A stretch of 64,000 nt of DNA from an uncultured Acidobacteriaceae bacterium (GTDB lineage: Bacteria; Acidobacteriota; Terriglobia; Terriglobales; Acidobacteriaceae): contig CAWCPB010000003.1 in NCBI GenBank assembly GCA_963797415.1, positions 237,631-301,630 of the forward strand, written 5' to 3'. Within the stretch, counting starts at the first letter, position 1; each line of letters starts with the position of its first letter. A model generated the notes under the pieces. The model had not been told where the DNA came from. It saw only the letters and a program-made list of their open reading frames with translations, and did not search any database. The position numbers and the translations under genes were made by a program. Positions 54,265 to 64,000 of this stretch are shown piece by piece.

Positions 54265-54732
54265 AACGACGCTCGTGGGAGTGTTAAAAGCTGGCAGCAG
54301 GAGAGACGGCGAGCCGCGCAGATGATGAAGCGGATCCTGATCCACTTTCGCGGCCAGATGGATGAGCAGTTGCGGCCGCAGGGAGTGACGACTTCTCAGC
54401 TGCAGGTGATGAAGATCATCCGGGAGGAGCCGGGAGCTTCGGGGGCGCAACTGGCGCGTTCCTGCTACGTGACGCCGCAGTCGGCGCAGGCACTGCTGAA
54501 ACAACTGGAAGAGGATGGGTGGATCCGGCGGGTGAAGGACCGGGTGAACGACCGGATTTTGACGGCGGAGCTAACGCCGAGCGGCGAGAAGTTGCTATTG
54601 ACCGCGGAGAAGGCGGCGAAGGTGATTGAGGCGAGGCTCTGGCGGGGAGTTCCCGGGGAATCAGTGGAAGCGTTGAACTCGCTGTTGGAGCGATGCCTGG
54701 AGAATCTGGAGCCGGGATCCGAACATCACTAA
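54262..54732 (+). CDS. MarR family transcriptional regulator
   Basis: GVTTSQLQVM..I...PGASGAQLAR...VTPQS...LKQLEEDGWIRR..D..NDRI...LTPSG. Confidence 0.9.
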   Translation: MNDARGSVKSWQQERRRAAQMMKRILIHFRGQMDEQLRPQGVTTSQLQVMKIIREEPGASGAQLARSCYVTPQSAQALLKQLEEDGWIRRVKDRVNDRILTAELTPSGEKLLLTAEKAAKVIEARLWRGVPGESVEALNSLLERCLENLEPGSEHH

Positions 54733-54766
54733 CCGGCTGGATTCGTTCGCGTAATTTTATCGACTA

Positions 54767-55591
54767 CTATTGGCCGTGGAAGAGGGCGCGGTTGATGTCA
54801 GGCCAGAACTCTTTGAAGGCGAAGGTTGCGGCGTCGATGCCGACGTTCACGCCCCACCTTTCCATGGTGTTGCCGAGCGTGCGCTGTGACGAGGGGTAGT
54901 AGAGGTTGGAGAAGCCGGAAGCTGCGCCCGCGCCGACGATCTCGCTTATGTTGAAGGTCTCATTGCCTGCGTCGGAGCGCGTGATGACGGCGCGGCCAAG
55001 CGCGTAGCCGGTGCGTTTGAAAAAGCCGCCGCTACCTAGTGTGTAGTAGCGCGCGTCCTCGTGTGTCAGTACAGGGAAGATGAATTCGACGGAGTAGTTT
55101 TCGATGGTCTGGTCGACATAAGAGTGCCAGAAGTAGCGTCCGTAGGCTGCGGCTCCCTGGTGAAACTCCGGCGTAGCATTTGTAGCCTGGTTGTAGCCGG
55201 CGAGCACTGCGGGTATGAAGACAGAGGAGTAGTCGAAGCTGTCTTGTGTAGCGGTGATGAATTTTTCTTTTGCGGATTGCGGGGGGAGTTTAGTGTTTGC
55301 GCTTACCGCGCGAAAGTTGGGAATGATGCCAAGAATGCGCTTGGTCTGCTGGCCCTGAGATTGCGTTGAGTCGGAGGAAGACGGTGGGTCTTGATCTACT
55401 GCAGATGCGTCGCCAGCGACAAAGTTATCTGAACTGGATGAACTGGTACCGCGATCGTCTTTGCTCTCTATGCCTGGCGCATTTGCCAAAGGTACGGCGG
55501 ATAACATCTGAGCATGAAGGGCGCCGCATACAAGTAACTGAATCAGGAACATAAAGGCCACGCCGATTTGCAGGGTCGCTTTAGGATTCAT
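54767..55591 (-). CDS. Hypothetical secreted/outer-membrane protein
   Basis: Signal peptide; QTKRILGIIPNF, PEFHQGAAAYGRYF, HEDARYY, FKEFWPD. Confidence 0.7.
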   Translation of the reverse strand: MNPKATLQIGVAFMFLIQLLVCGALHAQMLSAVPLANAPGIESKDDRGTSSSSSDNFVAGDASAVDQDPPSSSDSTQSQGQQTKRILGIIPNFRAVSANTKLPPQSAKEKFITATQDSFDYSSVFIPAVLAGYNQATNATPEFHQGAAAYGRYFWHSYVDQTIENYSVEFIFPVLTHEDARYYTLGSGGFFKRTGYALGRAVITRSDAGNETFNISEIVGAGAASGFSNLYYPSSQRTLGNTMERWGVNVGIDAATFAFKEFWPDINRALFHGQ

Positions 55592-55841
55592 AGGTTCACT
55601 TATTGTCTTAACAATAGACGTTTCGACGTTCTTATAGGATGTGCGGGAAGCTGTAGTAGATTTATTGCATTGGCAAATTCGATGACGTTTTGTTCATGTC
55701 ATTGGATGGTTGCAATCTTCAAATGTTTCGATCGCAATAATATAAGCGATATGCCCTGGTTGGCAGCCTTGCTCAGAGTGGTGGGGTGGCGTGGTTTGAG
55801 CGCGGTTTTGGAGCGCTGTCTGGAGAATCTTGAGGCAAGGC

Positions 55842-56186
55842 CTAGCGATTGAGGAGCGCCTGCAAGACGATTGCTTCATTGTGTTCTTCATCCTTCGCGC
55901 CGTAGAGAAGTGTCGCCGGACCCTTGGCCACAGCTTGTTTCAGGAGTTCTACCTGTTCCTTGTTTTGCTGAAGCTCAGCGTGGTAGCGGATCTTGAATTC
56001 CGGCCATTTGACGGGGTCGTGGGCAAACCATTTTCTGAGTTCGGTGCTGGGGGCGATGTCTTTCAGCCAAAGGTCTACGTGGGCCTTTTCCTTGGACAGG
56101 CCGCGCGGCCAGAGGCGATCTACGAGGATGCGCGTGCCGTCTGCTTTGGCGGGTTCTTGGTAGATGCGCTTCAGTTTAATAGCCAA
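55842..56186 (-). CDS. DUF488 family protein (YeaO-like)
   Basis: IKLKRIY...[18 protein letters not shown]...[17 protein letters not shown]...[14 protein letters not shown]. Confidence 0.9.
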   Translation of the reverse strand: MAIKLKRIYQEPAKADGTRILVDRLWPRGLSKEKAHVDLWLKDIAPSTELRKWFAHDPVKWPEFKIRYHAELQQNKEQVELLKQAVAKGPATLLYGAKDEEHNEAIVLQALLNR

Positions 56187-56216
56187 GGTTGATGTTCTTT
56201 CTTTTGTGACTCTGAG

Positions 56217-56625
56217 TCAGGAGCCATAGCCTCGGTGTTTCATGGCGGCAAGTTCTTCGGCGCTGGGCCAGGAGATTGTTAAAGAGAAATATGGAGTCGC
56301 CACTGGCCTCGACGTTGTGACGAATAGAGTGGCCAAGGGCGAAGAGAGCGCCGGTGGGAAGGTCGTGCGGCTTGCCGTTTATAGATATTCGGAGTCGGCC
56401 CTTGAGAACCTGGATGGAGAGCGTGCCGTCGGCGTGGTGCTCGCTCATGTGGGCGTTGTTTTGCATGGAGATGAGGACGATGCGGAGATCATGTTTCTTG
56501 AAGAGAGTTCTGGAGTATATGCCGGATGGCCAGGGTTTCTTTTGCTCGGAGTCGGCGATCTCTTTGTGGAGATCGAACTGTGCGATTTTGTCGACCATGG
56601 TGCCGTCTTGCAGAGATGTTGTCAT
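56217..56625 (-). CDS. Cupin domain protein (frameshift near 56282)
   Basis: SRTLFK...LRIVLISM...MSEHHADGTLSIQVLKG...IRHNVEA. After the shift: LTISWPSAEELAAMKHRGYGS*. Confidence 0.8.
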
Positions 56626-56759
56626 GTTCGCTCCTTTCGGCAAGCGTAGTTTACGCTTTCCTGGCTTAGATACGACAGGGACAAGAACGGATGCGATACT
56701 TGTGATTCGCCTAGCTATTGGAATCCGGCGAGTGAATGTACATTTCTTGAGGAGAGTTT

Positions 56760-58182
56760 ATGGCAGCGAAGAACGTTGAGGCCGCGGTGGAGTTTGCGCG
56801 GGGGAATCAAGAACGGTTTCTGGAAGAGTTGAAGGCGCTGGTGCGAATTCCTTCGGTGTCGACGGCTCCGGAGCATCGGGGGGATGTGCGGCGGGCGGCG
56901 GAGTTTGTGGCGGCGGAGCTGCGGCGGATCGGGATGGAGCATGTGCGGGTGATCGATACGGCAACGGCAAAGCGGCCGGGTGGACATCCGCTGGTATATG
57001 CGGATTGGCTGCATGCGGAGCCTGCGGCCGATGGAAAGGCCAAGCCCACGGTGCTTTGCTATGGGCACTATGATGTGCAGCCGGCAGAGCCGCTGGATGA
57101 GTGGATGTCGCCGCCGTTTGAGCCCGAGGTTCGGAATGGCAACCTGTATGCGCGTGGCGCGGTGGACGACAAGGGGCAGATGTGGATGCATGTGAAGGCG
57201 CTGGAGTCGTTGATGGTGGCGGGCGGCGGGAAGCTGCCGGTGAATGTGCGGGTGATTATAGAAGGCGAGGAAGAGGTTGGCGGTGAGGGCATTGCCTGGT
57301 TCGTCGAGGAGCATGGCGATGAGTTGAAGGCCGATGTGGCGCTGATCTCGGATACGGAGATGTTTGCGCCGGAGTTGCCGTCGTTGTGCGTGGGGCTGCG
57401 CGGAATGATCTATACGGAGATCGAGGTAAGAGGGGCGCGGATCGATCTGCACTCGGGGATGTATGGCGGTGCTGCGCCGAATCCTTTTGTTGCGCTGGCG
57501 CAGATCATCGCGCGTTTGAAGGATGCGGATGGGAAGATTCTGATTCCGGGGTTCTATGACAAGGTGACGGCGCCGAGCGCGGAGGAGTTGAAGGCGTGGA
57601 AGGCGCTGCCGTTTGACGAAGAGGAGTATCGCGAGGCAGAGGTGGGCTCGGTGGCGCTGACGGGCGAGCCGGGCTACTCGGTGCTGGAGCGGACGTGGGC
57701 TCGGCCTACGCTGGAAGTGCATGGGATGCCGGGCGGATTCGTCGGTGACAGGCGCGAAGACGGTGATTCCGGCGAAGGCGGTGGCGAAGGTGAGCATGCG
57801 GCTGGTGCCGGATATGACGGCGGCGGAGAGCTATGCGCTCTACAAGAAGTATGTGGAGTCGATCTGTCCGAAGGGGTGCGTGGTCGAGGTGCGGCTGATT
57901 CACTCGGCTGAGCCGATTGTGGTGAGTACGGACAACGAGTTTGTGCGGGCGGCTGTGAAGGCGATGCATGAGGTGTTCGCGAAGGATACGGTATTTGTGC
58001 GTGGGGGCGGATCGATCCCGGTGGTTGGTGACTTTATTCAGAAGCTGAAGGTTCCTACGCTGATGATGGGATTCGGGCTGCCGGATGACAATCTGCATGC
58101 TCCAAATGAGAAGTTTTACTTGGCGAACTTTTACCGTGGGATCGAGTCGATTGTGCGGTGGCTGGAGTTGGTTGGGGCATGA
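56760..58182 (+). CDS. M20 family dipeptidase (frameshift near 57745)
   Basis: YGHYDVQP, YARGAVDDKG, EGEEEVG, DLHSG, KTVIPAKA, GGSIP, HAPNEK. Confidence 0.92.
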
Positions 58183-58904
58183 TTTTTATGAAGCGCGGAG
58201 AGTTGCCCCCAGTCGGAGGGTATGTGCTGGCCGGTGGCAAAAGTTCGCGGATGGGCCGTGATAAGGCGCTGCTGGAACTGGCAGGGAAGCCACTGGTGAT
58301 GCATGCGGTGACGAAGCTGAAGCGGTTGTGTGCGGAGGTACATATTCTAGGGAGCAATTCCGATCTAAACGATTACGGGCCTCTAGTGAGTGATCTGCAT
58401 GAGGGGTGCGGTCCGATGTCTGGGATTGAAGCGGCACTCCTGAACTCAAAGTATGACTGGAACCTGATTCTTCCGGTAGATGTGCCTTTTCTGCCGACGT
58501 TTCTGCTGGATGATTGGCTTTGGTCGGTGTTGCACGAGCCAATACGAGAGATCAAGCTTTCCATGCTTGCCATTGACGCAGCACCCCAGCCGGCGTTGCT
58601 CATCATTCATCGAGAGATTGCACCGTACCTAGCAGCTTCTTTGGAACGTGGGGAGTACAAGCTGCTTTCGGCGCTTCGATGGGCAGCGGGTGACATTGCA
58701 GCCAAGCGAAAGGTAAAAGTGGACAAGGTGTTTTTGGAGATGCAGTGGGATGATCTTTATGCCCCGGATGCTAAGGATTGGAGTGAGGCATGGCGCTCAC
58801 CCTCGGCAGCCCAACGGGCAAACTGCTCTCGTTGGTTTGCGAATTTGAATACTCAAGAAGAGTTTGCGGAGGCTGAACGTCATTTGGATGCGCTGGATAC
58901 TTAG
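58179..58904 (+). CDS. mobA: Molybdenum cofactor guanylyltransferase
   Basis: VLAGGKSSRMGRDKALL, GPMSGIEAAL, LPVDVPFL, FANLNTQEE. Confidence 0.88.
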   Translation: MIFMKRGELPPVGGYVLAGGKSSRMGRDKALLELAGKPLVMHAVTKLKRLCAEVHILGSNSDLNDYGPLVSDLHEGCGPMSGIEAALLNSKYDWNLILPVDVPFLPTFLLDDWLWSVLHEPIREIKLSMLAIDAAPQPALLIIHREIAPYLAASLERGEYKLLSALRWAAGDIAAKRKVKVDKVFLEMQWDDLYAPDAKDWSEAWRSPSAAQRANCSRWFANLNTQEEFAEAERHLDALDT

Positions 58905-58980
58905 AATGTGAGGGATCGAAGAGCTTTGTGGGTTCGCGCGCATCTGATGGGAGAATAGCGATATAGAGGACAGGTGATCC

Positions 58981-59961
58981 ATGGCGGAGAAGGATGGCGG
59001 GTTGGGGTCCGATAAGCTGGGGCGTCCGGATGAGAACGATAAGCGCGATGTGGTGGAGAGCTCGGATGAAGAGGGCTCGGCGCATGTATCGGACGATGCG
59101 CTAACGGAAGGGGTTTCAGCGGACGTGGCTCCTGTGGTTGGGGAGTTTATGGAACAAGCCGCTGCGCAAAATGAGGCTGCGGCAGAAGAGATTCCGGAGA
59201 TCAGGAATAAGCCGGGGTCTTATATCTCCTTCGAGCACATTTATAAGTCCTTTGGAAATTTTGTGGTGCTTGAGGATGTGAGCTTCTGCGTGAATCCGGG
59301 CGAGACGCTGTGCATTCTGGGACGAAGCGGAGTGGGGAAGTCGGTTTCGCTGCAGATGCTGATGGGCTTTCTGAAGCCGGATCGAGGGATGATTCGAGTT
59401 GCCGGAGATAATATTTGCGGCTTCGATGAGTTGGAGATGCAGGCGATCCGGCGGAAGGTCACGATGGTCTTTCAGAATGGAGCGCTGTTCGATTCGATCA
59501 GCGTGGGAGAGAATGTGGCGTTTCCGCTGCGCGAGCGGCGGGACATGGAAGAGGACCAGATATTACAGGTAGTGAAGGGGTTGCTGGAGATGGTGGGGGT
59601 GGCGGGGATGGAGAATCTGCTGCCGTCAGATCTTTCGACCGGGATGAAGCGGTCAGTGGCAATTGCGCGAGCGCTGGCGTCGCAGCCGGAGGCGGTGCTG
59701 TATGACGAACCGACGACGATGGTTGATCCGTTAATGGCACATTTATTGGGAAACCTCATCGAACGTTTGAAGCAGCAATTGCATCTGACAAGTATTGTGG
59801 TGACCCACGACATGCAATTTGCCAAGAAACTGGCGGATCGCGTAGTTTTTCTCCATCAGGGAAAGGCTCATTTTTTCGGGACGATGGAAGAGATGGAACG
59901 AAGTCCGGATCCCGTATTGCAAGAGTTTCTGACGATGGATGAATTGGTTTTACCGAGGTAA
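58981..59961 (+). CDS. ABC transporter ATP-binding protein, MlaF/Mkl-like
   Basis: GRSGVGKS, VFQNGALFDS, ENVAFPLRE, LSTGMKRSVAIARAL, LYDEPT, IVVTHD. Confidence 0.9.
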   Translation: MAEKDGGLGSDKLGRPDENDKRDVVESSDEEGSAHVSDDALTEGVSADVAPVVGEFMEQAAAQNEAAAEEIPEIRNKPGSYISFEHIYKSFGNFVVLEDVSFCVNPGETLCILGRSGVGKSVSLQMLMGFLKPDRGMIRVAGDNICGFDELEMQAIRRKVTMVFQNGALFDSISVGENVAFPLRERRDMEEDQILQVVKGLLEMVGVAGMENLLPSDLSTGMKRSVAIARALASQPEAVLYDEPTTMVDPLMAHLLGNLIERLKQQLHLTSIVVTHDMQFAKKLADRVVFLHQGKAHFFGTMEEMERSPDPVLQEFLTMDELVLPR

Positions 59962-60003
59962 TCACGGGTTCCTTATCAGGGAAAAAACATTACTAAGATG
60001 CTA

Positions 60004-60043
60004 TTGCAGTTAATAGTTTATTAGTTAACTGCAAAAAATTGCA
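60004..60043. promoter_or_regulatory. AT-rich palindromes upstream of sugar transferase
   Basis: ttgcagttaa-N11-ttaactgcaa overlapping tgcaaaaaattgca. Confidence 0.45.
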
Positions 60044-60256
60044 CACGATGGTTGCAACAGTCGTCTGTGAAACGTATGCTGCTGTAAGTGAACACTTTGA
60101 GATCGGTGCAAACCTTGACCGACCGGAACTCTTTCTCTGCCCTGGGTTTTTTACTGAAGCATTGGATGAACAAGTGAGTCGGTGGTCAGTTGTGCTAGAA
60201 CGGGCAACTTGGGCCATGGATTCAGACTGCATTATCGTGGGAGAGAGGCGTTCGCA

Positions 60257-61777
60257 GTGGCGACACCAGACTATCTACAACAAGTTATCGTTTCGGGCAG
60301 TCGACGGGCCGCCGGATATCGCCGGTATGCGACCCAGTCGGGACTGACGAAGCGAGTCTCAATAACGAGCATGGTGTGGGCGTCAGTGGATCTGCTGACT
60401 GCGATCCTGGCGGGCATGCTTGCATTGAGTTGCCGAGTGTTGCTCCCGGCTGATGTACGCATGCGAACGGTATCGGTGCCGCATCTGTATTTGTTCCGCT
60501 CTGTGCCGCAGGTGCTGGTGTTTTACATTGCGTGGTTTGCGGTATGCCTGATCTTCTTTACCCGCTCGTACGGGTTATACGGATCGATCGAAAACCGTAG
60601 CGGACTGCATGAGCAACGGATGACTGTACAGGCGACGCTGACCGCGGGACTACTGCTATGCGGCACGCTTTATCTGTTCCGCGGAGATGCTGTATCTCGG
60701 ATTGTGGTGGGCCTGCTGGTGTTATTTACGGCGGTGTTGCTAAGTGTGCGTCGGGCGTTGTGGCGGAAGATGGTATATCGGCGGCACCTGGCGGGGATTG
60801 AGACCAGGAACGTACTGATTGTGGGGGCGGGCCGGGTGGCGCACGCTCTGCGCAATCATCTCGAGTCGCTGCAGCATCTTGGATTTCGGTTCAAGGGGTT
60901 CGTCGCGCTGACGGCCCGGGAGGCGGAGTCCGGCGATTGTGATGTGATCGGGGAGATCAATAACTGCCTTCTGCTGGCGCGTTCGCTATTTGTGGATGAG
61001 ATCTTCTTCTCGGTACCGGCGGATAAGAAACTGGTGATCGGCCTGGTGGAAGAGGCGAGGGCGGTGGGCATTGATGTGCGCGTAGTTCCCGATCTGTATG
61101 ACGGGCTGGCATGGAACGCGCCAGTGGAGTATGTGGGGCAGTTTCCGACGATACCGCTTCATCGGCGTGAGTTTCCGATCGGCGCGTATCTGCTGAAGCG
61201 GACGCTGGATACAACGCTGTCAATTCTGGCGTTGGTGGTGATCGCACCTGTGATGCTGGCGATTGCGATCGCGGTCCGGATGGACTCGCCGGGGCCGATC
61301 TTTTATCGTGCGCAGCGGATTGGCCGTAAGGGACGGACATTTGTCTGCTACAAGTTCCGCACCATGGTGGAGGATGCGGACAATCTAAAGGCCGACCTGG
61401 AGCACATGAATGAGCGGGACGGCGTGCTGTTCAAGATAGAGAAGGACCCGCGGATTACGAAGGTTGGGAAGTGGTTGCGGAAGTATTCGCTGGATGAACT
61501 GCCCCAGTTTTACAACGTGCTGAGCGGTGATATGAGTCTGGTTGGGCCGCGGCCACCGATGGCGGCGGAGGTGGAACAGTATGACCTGGCGCACCTGCGA
61601 CGTCTGGATGTGTTGCCCGGTATCACGGGCTTGTGGCAGGTGGAGGCGCGGCAGGACCCTTCGTTCGACAGCTATATCTCGCTGGATACGGCGTACATCG
61701 AGAACTGGAGCCTCTGGCTGGATATGAAGATTCTGGCGCGGACGGTGAGCGTCGTGCTAAGCGGTACCGGAAGCTAG
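60257..61777 (+). CDS. Priming polyprenyl-phosphate sugar transferase (WcaJ/EpsE-like)
   Basis: N-terminal TMs, CoA-binding-like VLIVGAG, KRTLD, YKFRTM, DPRITKVGKWLRKYSLDELPQFYNVL.GDMSLVGPRP, PGITGLWQV. Confidence 0.92.
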   Translation: MATPDYLQQVIVSGSRRAAGYRRYATQSGLTKRVSITSMVWASVDLLTAILAGMLALSCRVLLPADVRMRTVSVPHLYLFRSVPQVLVFYIAWFAVCLIFFTRSYGLYGSIENRSGLHEQRMTVQATLTAGLLLCGTLYLFRGDAVSRIVVGLLVLFTAVLLSVRRALWRKMVYRRHLAGIETRNVLIVGAGRVAHALRNHLESLQHLGFRFKGFVALTAREAESGDCDVIGEINNCLLLARSLFVDEIFFSVPADKKLVIGLVEEARAVGIDVRVVPDLYDGLAWNAPVEYVGQFPTIPLHRREFPIGAYLLKRTLDTTLSILALVVIAPVMLAIAIAVRMDSPGPIFYRAQRIGRKGRTFVCYKFRTMVEDADNLKADLEHMNERDGVLFKIEKDPRITKVGKWLRKYSLDELPQFYNVLSGDMSLVGPRPPMAAEVEQYDLAHLRRLDVLPGITGLWQVEARQDPSFDSYISLDTAYIENWSLWLDMKILARTVSVVLSGTGS

Positions 61778-61829
61778 AGACGACCAAGACCGTGTGGGGC
61801 ACAGTGTGGGCAGGATTTACACTGTTAAG

Positions 61830-63518
61830 GTGAAGATCGCTCTAGCGCAGATAAATCCCACTGTCGGGGATTTTGTTGGGAATAAGCTGAAGATTCAGGA
61901 ATTCGCAGAGCGCGCAGCGGTTGAGCGGGCTGACCTAGTGATGTTTCCGGAGTTGGCCGTATGCGGATATCCGCCTGCGGATCTTCTAGATAAAACGGAT
62001 TTTGTAGAGCGGTCTGCTGAGGTTCTGAAGGAACTGGCAGAACTGAGTGCCCGACCTGGTTATCCGGCGATTCTTTGCGGAGCGGTGATGCCGGTTACGG
62101 CGGTGATCGGCAAGCGGGTGCGGAACGTTGCGGCGGTTCTAGATGGTGGCAAAGTGAGTTTCGTGCAGCAGAAGATGTTGCTGCCGTTCTATGACGTGTT
62201 CGATGAGCAGCGATACTTCGAGCCGGCTGTGCAGCAGGAGTTGACTTGGGTACGAGGGCAGCCGGTGGCAATTACAATCTGCGAGGATGCCTGGAATGAC
62301 AAGGGTTTCTGGCCGCAGCGACTCTATCCGGTCGATCCGGTCGAGCAGTTGATGGCGCAGTGGGGGAAGAGGTCGGAGATAAAGCGGGAGACGCCGCGGC
62401 TGATTCTGAACATATCGGCTTCTCCGTACTGGTTCGATAAACGGAGTTTGCGGTGCGAGATGCTGGCGGCGCTGGCGAAGCGGCACGACGCAACTGTCGT
62501 GATGGTGAACCAGGTGGGAGGGAATGACAGCCTGATCTTTGACGGGGCCTCGCTGGCAATTACACCGGATGGGAAGGTGGCGGTGCAGGCTGCGTCGTTT
62601 GTGGAAGATCTGATTTGCTTTGAGGTCGGTGAGGCTGCGGATTCGGCTGTTGGAAGCTCTGTGGTGGACACGGATGAGACGGCAGCTGTCTGGAATGCGC
62701 TGGTGCTCGGGACGCGGGACTATGTGCGAAAATGCGGTTTCAGCAAGGTGCTGGTGGGGTTGAGTGGAGGCATCGATTCGGCGCTGGTGGCGGCGATTGG
62801 AGTGGAGGCACTGGGCGCGGAGAATGTGATCGGCGTGGGGATGCCGAGCGAGTACTCTTCACTGGGGTCGATTGAAGACGCGCGGAGGCTGGCGAAGAAT
62901 CTTGGAATACGGTTCGAGATGCTGCCGATCCACGATGTGTTTGCACAATATCTGCATGTGCTGCAGCCGCTGTTTGCAGGCACGCCGTTCGGGCTGGCAG
63001 AGGAGAATCTGCAGTCGCGGATACGTGGCGGACTGTTGATGGCGCTGTCGAACAAGTTTGGCGCGCTGGTGCTGACGACCGGCAACAAGAGCGAGATGGC
63101 GACAGGGTACTGCACCCTTTACGGCGACATGGTGGGAGCGCTGGCGGTGATTGGCGACGTGATGAAGACGCGGGTGTACTGCTTGAGCCGCTATGCGAAC
63201 CGGGAGCGTGAGGTGATTCCGAAGGAGACGATGGAGAAGGCGCCGTCAGCGGAGTTGCGTCCGGAGCAAAAGGATACAGACTCGTTGCCGCCTTATGATG
63301 TGCTGGACCCGATCCTCGAGGCGTATGTTGAGCGGTACTGGTCGGCGGAGCAGATTGCAGCCGAGCAGGAGGTCGATGTTGGGCTGGTGCGGCAGGTGTT
63401 GCAGCTGGTGGAGCGGAGTGAGTACAAGCGGCAACAGGCGGCGCCGGTATTGAAGGTGACACGAAAGTCGTTCGGAATGGGACGAAGATTTCCCATTGCG
63501 GTCAAAGTTCAGGTGTAA
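61830..63518 (+). CDS. nadE: Glutamine-dependent NAD+ synthetase
   Basis: KIALAQIN, FPELAVCGYPP, YDVFDEQRYF, ICEDAW, GLSGGIDS, ENLQSRIRG, TGNKSE, YCTLYGD, PSAELRPEQKD, SEYKRQQA. Confidence 0.96.
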   Translation: MKIALAQINPTVGDFVGNKLKIQEFAERAAVERADLVMFPELAVCGYPPADLLDKTDFVERSAEVLKELAELSARPGYPAILCGAVMPVTAVIGKRVRNVAAVLDGGKVSFVQQKMLLPFYDVFDEQRYFEPAVQQELTWVRGQPVAITICEDAWNDKGFWPQRLYPVDPVEQLMAQWGKRSEIKRETPRLILNISASPYWFDKRSLRCEMLAALAKRHDATVVMVNQVGGNDSLIFDGASLAITPDGKVAVQAASFVEDLICFEVGEAADSAVGSSVVDTDETAAVWNALVLGTRDYVRKCGFSKVLVGLSGGIDSALVAAIGVEALGAENVIGVGMPSEYSSLGSIEDARRLAKNLGIRFEMLPIHDVFAQYLHVLQPLFAGTPFGLAEENLQSRIRGGLLMALSNKFGALVLTTGNKSEMATGYCTLYGDMVGALAVIGDVMKTRVYCLSRYANREREVIPKETMEKAPSAELRPEQKDTDSLPPYDVLDPILEAYVERYWSAEQIAAEQEVDVGLVRQVLQLVERSEYKRQQAAPVLKVTRKSFGMGRRFPIAVKVQV

Positions 63519-63561
63519 TGGAGATGTTGCGCGCGCAGAGCGGCAGCGGAGGCGAAGTTCG

Positions 63562-64000
63562 TTGAAGATTGCAATTTGGATGTTGGCAGGTATTACGTCG
63601 GTTCTTCCGGCAATAGCAGTGGCACAGGGTACCACGACCCCCCAACCGACTACACCGCTACAGTTGAATAGTCTGGACTCTACGGCACCCCGGCAGGATC
63701 CATTTCCGCCGATGAATCCGAAGTACTTTACGGCGACGACACCGACAGTGGATACGGTGAACGCTTTCCTGAAGGCGATGTGGGGATATGACACGAACCG
63801 CATCTGGCGGGTGGAGGCGATTCAGAAGACGGCGGCACCGGGGGTGAGCAAGGTTGTTGTGTTTGTGTCGGAGAATACGCCTAATGCGAAGGTGCAGCCG
63901 GCGGAGTTCTTCGTGACACCGGACGGGGCTCATGTGCTGTCGGGAAGCTCCATCATGTCGTTTGGAGCGACGCCGTTTGCGGAGGCGCGGAAGCTGTTGC
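63562..64000 (+). CDS. Secreted protein, likely N-terminus of a DsbA/thioredoxin-domain protein (runs off window)
   Basis: Manual translation LKIAIWMLAGITSVLPAIAVAQ...FLKAMWGYDTNRIWRVEAIQKT...FFVTPDGAHVLSG...PFAEARKLL; FFVTPDG resembles a DsbC-type N-domain. Confidence 0.6.
   Translation, partial: MKIAIWMLAGITSVLPAIAVAQGTTTPQPTTPLQLNSLDSTAPRQDPFPPMNPKYFTATTPTVDTVNAFLKAMWGYDTNRIWRVEAIQKTAAPGVSKVVVFVSENTPNAKVQPAEFFVTPDGAHVLSGSSIMSFGATPFAEARKLL

Overview
GC-rich chromosomal window. Gene content and protein style point to an Acidobacteriota (Terriglobia, Granulicella/Edaphobacter-like) genome, which is an inference. It holds housekeeping genes (argS, pepA, smpB, queF, ispG, malQ, mobA, nadE, a PpiD-like PPIase), tRNA-Arg(CCT), tRNA-fMet, a cohesin-tailed secretin plus two pseudopilins, and several accessory patches. 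One patch is a ~10.5 kb island at the tRNA-fMet 3' end carrying a Ser/Thr kinase, a CzcCBA/CusCBA-type RND pump, and decayed imuA/imuB, resolvase and HTH fragments. Many genes, including essential argS, carry single-base frameshifts that most likely reflect read errors. The most unusual signal is a ~270 bp non-coding element present in three copies with fixed internal spacing: GTCAAG...TGGCGT-N20-TA(T/A)ACT, a GC hairpin with T-tract, three 27-bp quasi-palindromes spaced 2 and 14-15 bp, and a G-tract. One copy carries a superinfection-immunity gene in place of its hairpin. The other two face inward around two Tat-exported enzymes, and strand G/C skew flips at two of the copies. Other notable items: a tRNA-Arg with a swapped C19-G56 elbow pair, a 39-bp start-codon-to-start-codon palindrome between marR and an MFS pump, and a second repeat family bracketing a DUF3303-like gene.
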